From Octopus vulgaris (lineage: Eukaryota), in contig OX597814.1 in NCBI GenBank assembly GCA_951406725.2, positions 138,012,001 to 138,076,000 on the forward strand: a stretch of DNA of 64,000 nucleotides, written 5' to 3'. Below, in pieces: positions 12,670-24,640 of the stretch. Each line of letters begins with the position of its first letter. Positions within the stretch are counted from its first letter, which is position 1. A program made the translations under genes and the position numbers. Below the pieces are notes generated by a model, which saw nothing but the letters and a program-made list of their open reading frames with translations, made no database searches and had not been told where the DNA came from.

Positions 12670-13926
12670 TATCAAACGGATGTACTTAGTTTATATCTTA
12701 CACATTGTTTACGTTCGTCTATTCATTTGATTGACCTGTACGTATTTACGTCATATATGTACACGCGTAATGTATTTGTATTTTGTACTATATTGCTCTC
12801 AAGTTTGTCGGATACATCGATACCAGGGCTTGACTGGTACTTATTTAATTTTATCGACTTCGAAAGGATGAAGAGCAAAATTGACATCGGCAGAATTTTA
12901 TAGTATATCAAATACATTGAAAAAGATATATTAAATACATTAAAAAGTATACATAAAGTGTGAGCGTGTGTATGTCTACGTATATAAAATTTGAATGAAT
13001 GTATTATAATGTTTATATAATCCAAGACTAGACTGAATTATATAAACGTAATTTGTATGAATGGTATCTTTAATGTTTATATAATGCAGCCTGGTGCTGG
13101 ATTTATTCACAAGTATAGGAATGTAGGCACCTGATAACGATCGGCGATCAAATCGATCGATAAACAACTTGGCTCAAAATATTAAAAGTTATTTACTTTT
13201 CTAAATATGAGGTTAATTGTCCGAAAAATTTTATAAATCTATTAAAAATTGACTGTTTCAGTTATTTAGACATTTAAATATAATGATTGCGTGTTCAAAT
13301 GAATTCACTTGAAATAGATACTCTATATGCACATATACAGATATGTACCCCCTCTCTACCTATATGTATGTATGTGTGGGTGTCTGTTTGTGATGATCGT
13401 CTATAATTGTGTGTACACGTGTTAGATTGCATTTTTCTTGTTGATAATTTTGCATTTCAAGCGTCAGCCGGCAAGTAATAATAATAATGGTATCTACCTT
13501 TAAAGTTTTTCTGGTAGACAGTATTTCTCCTCCCCTCTGAAGGTGTAATTAATTTACGTTGAAATCTTTTAAGACTGCACTCCAGACATTAATTAAGACC
13601 TCATTAAACATGTACTAAAGAAGAAAAATAAAGACACGAGTAAATATCATCACAGTACCATTGTTTGTAGGTTTGTTGTACTGATCTTAATAATTATGCT
13701 TCATTTAACGACTATTAAACAAAGAATAGTTTTGTCTTTTGTTTCTCTTAGTCTAATTGGCGAGCTGGAAATCTTTTATAAAGTCGATTGTGATAATAAT
13801 ATCAGCTCGTGTCTTTTGTTCGGATTTTATTTTCTTAATTTTTTTAATTTTTTTATGGAGTTTGGAAATAACTATCATTACATTATGAGGACAGGAAAAG
13901 GGTTAGGAATTGGCTGTTATTTCCTT

Positions 13927-14145
13927 TATTATTATTATTATTATTATTGATGATGTTACTCAATATCCAATATTGTGATGTAGATTGAAGATATTGTGTG
14001 CACCGGGTATTTGTACTGTCTGTCAAGTCACAAGGACCTCAGACTGACAGTACTTTACGCAGTATGCGTGCAGCCGATTTTTGTAGTACCCCAAGATTGT
14101 AGGATATTTCTAAAGTGCCCAGATGTTTATTGGGGATTGAGATTC
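13927..14145 (-). mobile_element. 3' end of an RLE-type non-LTR element (R4/Dong-like)
   Basis: C-terminus HLGTLEISYNLGVLQKSAARILRKVLSV* resembles the LQK..LLGTARILRKVL motif; short 3' UTR ending in (TAA)n. Confidence 0.65.
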
Positions 14146-14209
14146 TGATGAAAGGATGTTTTCTCCCCCCCCCCCCCAAATTCCCCCAGTTTCTCGTTCT
14201 TACACACAC

Positions 14210-14380
14210 ACATGGCTCAGTGGTTAGAGCATCGAGCTTACGACCGTGAGGTTGTGAGTTCGAATCCCGGACCTGGTTGCGTGTTGTGTTCTTGAGCAAG
14301 ACACTTTATTTCACGTTGCTCCAGTTCACTCAGCTGTAGAAATGAGTTGCGACGTCACTGGTGCCAAGCTGTATCGACCT
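14210..14380 (+). mobile_element. tRNA-derived SINE, family C
   Basis: ggctcagtggttagagc (A box), gttcgaatcc (B box), ttcttgagcaagacacttt body. Related copies at 16355-16615, 17505-17730(-), 34960-35095(-), 42930-43230. Confidence 0.85.
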
Positions 14381-14382
14381 TT

Positions 14383-14710
14383 GCAATGTCATCACACTTC
14401 AGGACCAGTTACTGCAACAGCCTGGGTTTCAAGGGCCTACAGCTTTTTAATATTATCCCAAAGAGTCTGAGGAACTTGCACAAAGTAGATGTAGGGGTTT
14501 TTAAATCAAAGCTGGACTTCTTCCTGTCGAGAGTCCCAGATAAACCTACCTCACGGCAAGAGATGCAAATGAGGGTAGCTATATCAAACTCCATTCTTCA
14601 CCAAGTACTACATATTAGAGGAGGCTCTTAGTAATAACAGTGTAATAAAACGGCGGTGCATCAGCATGGCCGCAGCTCTGAGCTGAAACTAAAAAGAAAA
14701 AAAAAAAGAA
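14383..14710 (+). mobile_element. CR1-group LINE 3' fragment with 3' tail
   Basis: SLGFKGLQLFNIIPKSLRNL...FKSKLDFFLSRVPDKP C-terminal motif, then ggcggtgcatcagcatggccgcagctctgagctgaaacta and an A-rich tail. Confidence 0.75.
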
Positions 14711-14867
14711 AGATGTGTGTATTTTTCTCTTGTTAACAATTAACACGGAAAAAATACATAAATAGTTACCAGGGTAGCAAAAAATCACACACAAGTAAAA
14801 AGGTTGTAACACCTTGTTTTTAAAGGTAGAAACTTCGGGTTTACGTGAAATTTTTTGTATAATATAT

Positions 14868-15721
14868 AAATAAATAAATGAAGTTTAACGCTGGTGTAAT
14901 TCAAATTCTTTTACTTCCGACACATATTTCGAAGATATCACTGATATTATTCCAAGGGAATAAAATGGTGTAAAACAATGTAATCTTCTCTTCAAGGAAG
15001 TGAAGAAATGAAACTCGTCAATAAGATATTTTAACAGAAAATGATGGATATGTATAGTGACTTACTTAACGCTATTAATATTGTTTGAAAAAACGTTATA
15101 TGATATAACGTTAGAGGTAGCCTATAGAAAGAGGAGGGATAAATTAAAGAAAAACTAAATAAATGAAGAGTATATGATTATATGTATATTAAATTCTGAA
15201 CTATTTTTCATTATTTTTTCTAAAAATCCCTTTGTAAACACGATTATAGAACGTGCATACCGATGTAAACATTGACAAAAACACACCTTTAGTTCATATA
15301 AGTGATCTCTATCATTATATATAATTTAAACATTAATTTTCTTTTTATATTTCGCATTCACTAAATATATATTTTCCTAGTATATAAGGTCTTATTTAAT
15401 ATACATATAATCATATACTTTTCATTTATTTAGTTTTTCTTTAATTTATCCCTCCTCTTTCTATAGGCTACCTCTAACGTTATATCATATAATGTTTTTT
15501 CAAACAATATTAATAGCATTCAGTTAATCACTATTCATATCCATCATTTTCTGTTACAATGTCTTATTGACGAGTTTCATTTCTTCACTTCCATGAAGAG
15601 AAGAATACATTGTTTTACACCATTCTATTCCTTTGGAATAATATCAGTGATATCTTCGAAACATGTGTCGGAAGTAAAAAGAATTTGAATTACACTTGCG
15701 TTAAACTCCATTTATTTATTT
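14868..15721. mobile_element. Foldback element with about 327-bp inverted arms, each carrying a type I hammerhead-like motif
   Basis: Arms 14868-15194 and 15394-15721. Hammerhead motif at 15587-15675 (+), mirrored at 14913-15001 (-). Confidence 0.8.
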
Positions 15722-15732
15722 ATTTATTTATA

Positions 15733-15830
<98 letters not shown>

Positions 15831-16803
15831 CATATATATAAATTTAAAAAAAAACATGACTTATCTGCCGGCGAATTACTGTGGATTTTAAAATTTATTC
15901 TAAACAATATAGATACGTTTTTTATTAACTTTATACACTAACACGTATTTACATTTATTTACCTTCTCCATAATGAATTAATCATGTTCACAATAATACT
16001 CTATTTGAATATTTTAGTTCGTAAGTTTCAATAATATTAATGTCTTTAACTTAGGGATTAAATTACAGGTTTTGTTTATTTATACATATATTTTTACTCC
16101 TTATTTTTTATTCCTTATCATATTATGAGGTACGTTAAACTTTTAGTTTTTAGTTTTTTTTAGGAATTTAACCCGAGGAGTGATTGTTTTGGGGAGTAAA
16201 ATCATTTTTCCGGTCTAACGAACTTGGTTATGGTTTTCTTATATGATTTTATATAGTCCTAATTAAGCCATGAAACGCGCGTAGTCGATGCACAAGTACT
16301 TACTTTTATATATTATATTATTGTATTAATTTTTATTGTTCACACACACACACATAGCTCAGTGGTTAGAGCGTCGAGCTTATGATCGTGAGGCTGTGAT
16401 TTCGAATCCCGGACCGGGCTTCGTGTTGTGTTCTTCAACAAGACACTTTATTTCACGTTGCTCCAGTTCATTCAGCTGTAGAAATGAGCTACGACGTCAC
16501 TGGTGGCCTGGAGAGGGGAGGCCGGTATGCATGGGCGACTGCTGGTCTTCCATAAAAACCTTGCCCGGACTTTCTAGGTGCAATCCCATGGTCAGTCATG
16601 ACCGAAAAGGGTGTCTCAGCATTATTATATTATATGATTGATTGATTGATTGATTCTAGTTTCAGCTTATGAGCTGTGGCCATGCTGGGGCACCGCCATT
16701 GTGTGTGTGTATATATGTGTGTATATATATACATGTGTGTGTGTGTGTATATGTGTGTATAGGAACCAGAGAAACCAATCGCAGTAAAGGCGTACTAAAA
16801 CGG

Positions 16804-16923
16804 ACTGCAGGTGGACATCCGGGAGTCATGAATCGGATGTGGCCCGACCCCACCAGAGTGTCAGGAGTTAGGGGCCGAAACACTTGCATAAAGGGGGTTT
16901 CTCCTCTGAGGACAACCTGCTGT
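16804..16923 (+). ncRNA. Permuted (pseudoknotted-order) hammerhead-like RNA, copy 1
   Basis: agtgt-C-aggag (16857-67), gggcc-GAAA-cact (16872-84), ctcct-CTGAGGA (16901-12). Partner strands ggccc 16841-45 and gcaggt 16807-12/acctgc 16915-20. Confidence 0.6.
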
Positions 16924-16946
16924 TACACTCTCCCCGAGTTTCTTTC

Positions 16947-17494
<548 letters not shown>

Positions 17495-17737
17495 TCACCA
17501 TTTTAAAGCCTAGCCAGACTCATGAGCCCGGTTTCTCTGTTTCTATGGCGTGTGTGTTCCCCAGCTGGACAGGACGCCAATCCATCGCAGCGTTACTCAT
17601 TTTTGCCAGTTGAGTGGACTGGAGCAACGTGAAATGAAGTGTTTTGCTCAAGAACACAATGCGTCGCTCGGTCCAGGAATCGAAATACAATCTTACGATT
17701 ATGATGCTGACACCCTAACCACTAAGCCTACACACAG

Positions 17738-17933
17738 GAAAGAGAATGGATGGGTTGGGGGAAAAGAAAACAGCAATTAACATAACGAAGGCGTACAAAA
17801 AAATTCGAAGAAAGAAGATACGAATTTAATTAGAAGTAAGCTGTATGGCGCGGTCGGATAAGGTCTAAATAAATGCCAGTTTGTTTTGTAGTATAGTTTC
17901 ACGTAAAGAACTTTGATATAGATGTTTATTTTT

Positions 17934-17938
<5 letters not shown>
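17738..17938. repeat. About 200-bp inverted repeat, left arm (right arm 23592-23793)
   Basis: agaagtaagctgtatggcgcggtcggataaggtctaaataaatgccag... is the reverse complement of ...ctggcatttatttagaccttatccgaccgcgccatacagcttacttct. Confidence 0.9.
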
Positions 17939-17976
<38 letters not shown>

Positions 17977-19025
17977 GTTTTCACTTATTGTTGCTTACGA
18001 AATCTCCACTAGAAATTGCGAGGAATTCTAGTTTGACAGAAGGTATCAGCAAGGAATTGGGGAATTTTGGGGAAGAAAATATTCTTTCAGAATCTAAATT
18101 ATATGAACTCAATTAGCCAACCAGTACAAGCCAACGTGGAAGCCTCTGTGTAGTTGCTTGCTTTGCTAGAAATAGCACCCGCGCTTCTGTAAATCATACC
18201 TCAGTTTTTTTTTAAAAACGACACATTGGATAATGTATTCCTTGGTGTACAAATGTCAGAGCGCGCGGGGGAGGTTGAGAACGAGAGAGAAAGAGAGAAC
18301 CGGTTTGTCATGTCTGGAACGCTTTTACATATAATTCGACTCGATTAAGGCTCAAAAAACCATCAATATTGTTACGATTACCAAATTTGGGTGTTTCCTT
18401 TCAGCAAACTTGTTGATGTTTTTGTTTGCTTCGAGGGCGGACATCCGCAGCCCTAGTTCAATATTGACTGAACGAATCTATGATCAAAAGCCTTCTAAAA
18501 CAAAGACACATTCACAAGTAGACAAACAAATGGTTTGATTAGGGTATAATCAATTTGGCGAGGAAACTAAAGAGAAAATATTACGACGATGACCACCACA
18601 GATCTACAATGGAAGAATTCACCACGTGTAGTTGAGGGTAAAAGAAATCGTTGAACGACAGTAAGTACGTCCAAAATTTATAAAGCAGTGACATACATAC
18701 ATACATAGATACTTGTAGCACACATGTATATACGTGCAGAGTGAAAATAAATCACACTATTTAATGTGACGGACTACACTGCAAAAAAATCAAAAATTTC
18801 ATTTCTGTTTACAAACTTTCTCCGTGTCTATACGCACAAATACTTTTATGTATACACACGCAATATTTAAGAAAAAAAGGAATATACACAAAAAAGAACG
18901 AAACATGTGTATATACACACACAATATTTAAGAACAAGGAATATACACAAAAAAGAACGAATCAAAAACAAATATTTTATATTTTACTTTTATCGTATTG
19001 TTGTTTACATTTTCTGTCTCTACGG

Positions 19026-19419
19026 ATGACCAGAACCAACAGAATCGCCATGGTGAAATCCATAGCGGCGTGCGATAAGACTGGTCGCTGCTCTAAAATA
19101 GAACACTGCCCAGAAAATCACACCTGCCACATCTGTACGGAACCCGAAAATACGTTCCGTAATCGCTGGGTCGAATGTGGGACATGTCTCATCTCTGTCT
19201 GCCTCCAATGTGCCACGGACTTTCAGAAGATCCCAGGCCAAAAAAAGAGCCATCATAATGCTATGATGGATAGACTCTGGAAGATGGTTCAGCTTAAATC
19301 TTGGACTTTTCAGTGTCAGGCCTGCGTGCCTCCACAACCGACGATTGTGTCTCCCCCTTCCACTCCCGTGGAGGAGGCGGAACAGCAACAGCAGCAACAA
19401 CAAAATCAACCACAACCAG

Positions 19420-19452
<33 letters not shown>

Positions 19453-20234
19453 TAGAGCAGCAGCAGCAGCAACAACAAAATCAACCACAACCAGAGCAGC
19501 AGCAACAACAAAATCAACCACAACCAGAGCAGCAGCAACAACAACAACAACAGCAACAGCAAAATCAACCACAACCAGAGCAACAGCAGCAACAACAACA
19601 ACACCAATTGACCAGTGCGGTTCTTGCAGAACTGCAACAATCGATCTGTGCTTTAAAAGGGGAAGTAGCAGGAATAAAAGCAACCATTCAGGTTGGACTC
19701 CACAATGAGGGGTCTTATCGGAATGCTCTGCTAAAGAACCTCCCTGTACCTGTACCTCTTGTCGCATTTAAGACCGCGGATTCTGCCACCCATGAAGTCA
19801 TTGCCATTGGGGTACCAGAAGACATGGCTGATCTTCAGGCTTTTGCTGCCAACTCAGCCAAAGACCTAGGCTGCGTTCCCCCAACGGGTGCTATCCGCCT
19901 TGGACGACCTGGCCCAAAACCTAGGCTCATCAAGTTGTCTTTTACGGACCCCACTGAGGCAACCTCTTACCATCTGGCCTCAGTTAAAGCTGGGCGGGAA
20001 AATCGGACCACCTTCCGAACACGCCCAGGCTTACCGTCCGATGTACGTCCGAAGCTACGTGTAGTGGCTTCCCTGAATAGGAACTCAGCTCTACAGGAAA
20101 GCCTCAGTCTTCGGGAAGATGGACAAATCTGGAGATTTGTCAAGACTGCTGAAACGTGGAAGAGAGATACCAGCTGGTCTGAGTGCTCTCTACCCACAAT
20201 AACTAAAAAGACTACAGCAACTCAGGGAAACTAA
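19026..20234 (+). CDS. LINE ORF1 protein (402 aa): PHD-like zinc finger, polyQ/QPQPE repeats, coiled coil, degenerate RRM-like C-terminal region
   Basis: CHIC...WVECGTC...C.QC...FQCQAC cysteine pattern; RLGRPGPKPRLIKLSF motif typical of CR1/L2-group ORF1; reading frame intact. Confidence 0.9.
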
Positions 20235-23055
20235 GCCAGAACAACCTGCCATCCTCTACACACCATCATAAACTGCGAGCAGGGTACAAATTGTTGTCCT
20301 TAAATGCTCGCAGTTTATGCAACAAAATACATTTGTTCAACGCCTACGTCAGAAGTGTTGACCCTGACTTCATCACTGTCACGGAAACATGGGCGCATTC
20401 CTTACTCTGTGATGGGGTTTTCAACATTACGGGGTACAACCTCTTCCGTAAGGACCGCACTAACCGCCGTGGTGGTGGTGTGATGGTCTATGTTCGTTCA
20501 AATTTTTTGGTAATTCCTTGTGCCGATTTGAACGAATCACAAGAAGAAGTTTTTTTCTGTGACGTGCGTATGACCATGTCAACACTCCTGCTTGGCGTTG
20601 TTTATCGTCCCCCAAGTTACCATCAGGACACACAGCTTTGCAATGTCCTCCGAGTTGCTGCCAGGAAAACAGCCACTTATGTGTTTATTGCAGGCGATTT
20701 CAATCATCCTGAGATCGATTGGGAGACCTTCCATTGGCCACAGAGTGCAAACGATTTTGTTGAGCTTGTGCTGGACTCAAACTGGTCACAAGTAGTCACC
20801 TCTCCAACAAGAGGCGACAACACCTTGGACCTGCTCTTCACCACAACTCCTGAAGCGGTTATCAATTGCACTACGGAGGAACCTCTAGGTGACTCTGATC
20901 ATGCTATGATCATCGCCAATCTGGCTCTTGCAGGCAACAAAAACCTGAACCATCTCCAATCTGCTTCCTTCGATTGGAAGAGAGCAGATTGGAACCTGTA
21001 CCACACTGAACTACAGCACCCAAACTGGCGTGAATTCTACAACTCTGGAGATGTGAATACTATACTCCAGAGTATCCTGGACTCAATATGGGCAGCATGT
21101 GCAGCATCAGTGCCACGTAAACAAAAAAAGAAGAACCGCCCCAAAAGGGCAATTTGGGAAACTTCAGCGGTCCGACTTGCCAGGAGGGAACGTCGGACTG
21201 CTGAACGGGAATACAGGTTGCATAAATCAGACACCAACAGGAAGAAGCGGAATAAATCCTCCAACCATCTCAAGCAAGTGACAAAAAAAGCAGTGCTTGA
21301 ATTTGAACAGTGCATAGCAGCCAATCATGACAGCAAGGTTTTCTGGAAATATGTGCACTCAAAGCAGAGACCTCACTCTCCAGTGGGCCCTCTTCGCAAC
21401 CCTCACACAAACCAGATCACTGACGACCCCAAGGAATGCGCAGAACTCATTGCCGAGTACTATGCAAACATATTCACTGTTGAAAGTCAAAATGTACCAT
21501 CTTCACCATCACTAACAGCAAACTCCATAACAACTATGGAATTTACACCTGCAATGCTGCGACGTCACCTTCAAAATAAGCGCAACTATGCCTCCCCTGG
21601 TCTCGATGGAGTTACATACCTGCTTCTCAAACGTGGCAGGCACTTCCTTTTACACCAGCTTTCTATTTTCTTCCAGTACTGTCTCAACAATGGTGCTACT
21701 CCGGAGTAGTGGAAAACTGCCAGTGTCATTCCTCTGTTCAAAAAGGGCGACCGCACATCACCTGTCAACTATCGCCCAGTCAGTCTCACTAGCTGTATTG
21801 CAAAATTGATGGAATCGTGTGTCAGAGAAACACTCTGGAACTTCTGGAGCTCTCACAGTCTCATCCGACCCTCACAATATGGATTTGTCCCTAACTCCAG
21901 CTGCAGTGACCAGCTTGTCGAGTTCCTTGAGGACATTACTCAGATTACTGACAGTGGCTCATGGGTGGATGTTGTCTACCTTGACTTTGCTAAGACTTTC
22001 AACTCTGTGCCACACAAAAGGCTTATGGTGAAACTCTCTGCAATGGGTGTGGGGGATGACCTTTTTAACTGGTTGAAATCCTTCATCCTCAGCCGAAAGG
22101 AGGTAGTCACAGTTCTAGGACAGCACTCTACACCATATGAGATGTCATCGGGTGTACCACAGGGATCTGTCCTTGGTCCCCTCTTGTTTGTGGCATACAT
22201 TAACGACATAGATGCCAATTTAAAGAATGCCACAGTATTGAAATATGCGGACGACATCAAGCTGTACCTTGAAATCAAGAGGACAGATCCTGATGTCTAC
22301 AACTCTTTCCTGCAATCAGACCTAGACACAATGCAGCAATGGATCACAGACTGGCAACTGAAACTGGCTGTGGACAAGTGTACCACCATGCATTTTGGGA
22401 GAAAAACCCCGCGTTCACTTACTCCCTCCACAACACTGATATCAAGAAATCCTCTTGCGAGCGTGACCTAGGCATCACTGTCAGCAGTGATTTGCGTTGG
22501 TCAAAGCATATCTCTAAGATTGTCAGGAAGGCCGAGGGTGTCTTGGTATCACTCAGCAGGTCTTTTGTTAGCCGCTCTCCAGCCATCTATTTAAAACTGT
22601 ATACAGCTATGGTACGACCACACTTGGAATTCGCATCATCAGTTTGGAACCCCTATCTTGCACAGAACATTGACCTCCTGGAATCTGTCCAGAGACGTGC
22701 AACCAAACGCATACCCTCCATCAGACACGTACCATATTCTGAGCGCCTTGTTTCCCTGGGCATGGATTCACTGAAGCTCCGGCGTTTGGCGACGGACTTG
22801 GTAAACACCCACAAAGTTATCAACCACCTCACCAACAACAACACTGAACACCTTTTTGATCTCCATGTGTCTAACACACGTGGACATGCCTACAAAGTCA
22901 GAAAACAATACAGCTCCCATGACTTTCGGAAACATTTTTTCACGCTCAGAGTTGCTGAAGCATGGAATAAACTGCCTGCGTCAGTTGTTGACTGCCATGA
23001 CACTGCATCTTTTAAGGCCCTCATGCTTTCCGAAATCCGCCGAAACTACACCTGA
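20225..23055 (+). pseudogene. LINE ORF2 (APE endonuclease + reverse transcriptase), disrupted
   Basis: LSLNARSL, ETW, GDFN, LDL and SDH (APE); NYRP, YLDF..FNSVPH, SGVPQGSVLGP and YADD (RT); VRPHLE. TAG at 21707-21709 and a 1-nt frameshift in the A-run at about 22402-22406. Confidence 0.95.
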
Positions 23056-23591
23056 TTATATATACACTTTAGATGAGTTGTAGTGCACCTGAGCACTGTA
23101 CACAATTATTATTATTATTATTATTATTATATAACTGTGACCATCATGTTAGAAATTTGGCTCTTATTTCTAGCGTACCGAACGACTATGTAGAAGCACT
23201 TACGAAGTTTGTTATGAACTGAAAGAAGCGAAAGTACACTTCGGTACATTCTGTCCCAATTTATATTGAACAGGTAAACATAACCTGAATCTATTGTCAA
23301 TATGTTGGTAAATTTGATAACGAAGAAAAACTTTTTGCATAGTTTCGTATGTCGATTTTCTTTATCATTACATTTTGGTGAATTAAAATCATTGTCAGTA
23401 AATAGTTGTTGTCGGTGTTTTTGTTTAGGTCCAGGTTAGTCCTGGTTGAATAGACATATAACGTTTTCGTTTCATTCTTGATCAAGGTGTGATTTTAGAG
23501 AAATTCAACTGGTGTTTCTTGCATTTAGCGACCACGTAGCGGCTCCCTAACCAGCACTTCATCAGTAGCTGTAAGTGTAGACAGACCGACT

Positions 23592-23793
23592 TATACTAAA
23601 AATAAATATCTGTATCAAAGTTCTTTACGTGAAACTATACTACAAAACAAACTGGCATTTATTTAGACCTTATCCGACCGCGCCATACAGCTTACTTCTA
23701 ATTAATTTCGAATCTTCTTTCTTTGAATTTTTTTGGACGCCTTCGTTATGTAAATTGCTGTTTTCTTTTCCCCCACCTCATCCATTCTTTCTT
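23592..23793. repeat. About 200-bp inverted repeat, right arm
   Basis: Reverse complement of 17738-17938 with scattered mismatches. Confidence 0.9.
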
Positions 23794-24640
23794 TATCTCT
23801 TTATTTAACTTTTTTGTTTCTTTTCTTTGCCGAAAAGTCTTCGTCGAGTTTGTGTACCATGCGTAATAATGTTTTCATTATCTTCCTCGTGTATTGTGTG
23901 ACGTACGCATAAAATTTCCGAATTAATTAAAATTTGTCTCGTATTTACAGAAAGAAAACAAAAGCTTCAGTGAAAATTATTAGCGACTAACAGTGAATGA
24001 ATTTCAGCGAAAATTAATTTCTGAGGTTTGGGCGGTGAAGTTGGCAGCTTTAGACACGTTTCAATTTTTGGAGCTCATTAGCTTACTGTTGTCTTTTCCA
24101 AATCCGCTGTATGTATGTATGTATGTGCGTGCGTGCGTGCATGTATGTATGCATGCAGTGGGGTATCTATATACGAATGTAATCTGTTCCTTAACCAAAT
24201 TGTTTTCATTTGTTCATTATATGAGTAAGGCATGAAATAATTGTTTTATTAGCCCATCTATTAATTGCAAATACATATGAGTGTGTGTGTACTCTTTGTC
24301 TTGCATCGTGGCTATCTATAGTTATGTTTTTAGCAAAAAATATGAGAAACATCATCTACATAAAATATGAAAATTTGCAAGCTACATGAAATGCATGCAT
24401 GTATCTAGTTCGTTGCTCAAATTCCAGTTCATTGGCTGAATATTATTTTCTTCAGAAAAACAACTTGCCACACAATATTTTTATTTAGCATACTGTTCAT
24501 ATATGCTTCCTAGCACTTATATGTACGTAGTCTACTTGTAATTGTTTAAACTTCAGCTTGCTAAGAGAATGTGCTCCCAGTAGCTTATTGTACCCATGCA
24601 TAATCTCAATCACATGGCCACACCTGCATCTCATGATATA

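Larger units (their letters stand above)
18499..23134 (+). mobile_element. Full-length CR1-group LINE
   Basis: About 530-bp putative 5' UTR containing a 54-bp tandem repeat (18848-18961), ORF1, ORF2, short 3' UTR and (ATT)n tail at 23105-23130. Ends inferred because the flanks rejoin into an older repeat (ctatgatcaaaagccttcta|actgtgaccatc, compare 50201-50235). Confidence 0.9.

Noticed and set aside
13128-13180. Hammerhead-like ctgataa-cgatcg...cgatcg
   Set aside because: Hairpin present, but GAAA and stem III are missing.
14210-14275. tRNA gene
   Set aside because: A and B boxes are present but there is no full cloverleaf, and it continues into a multi-copy SINE body.
16877-16912. Canonical type II hammerhead reading of the 16.8-kb island
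   Set aside because: Stem III and stem II do not pair in that topology; only the permuted arrangement satisfies all stems.
19020-19767. Alternative-frame and antisense ORFs (polyL, polyA/T/V) over ORF1
   Set aside because: Shadows of the CAG/CAA repeat in LINE ORF1.
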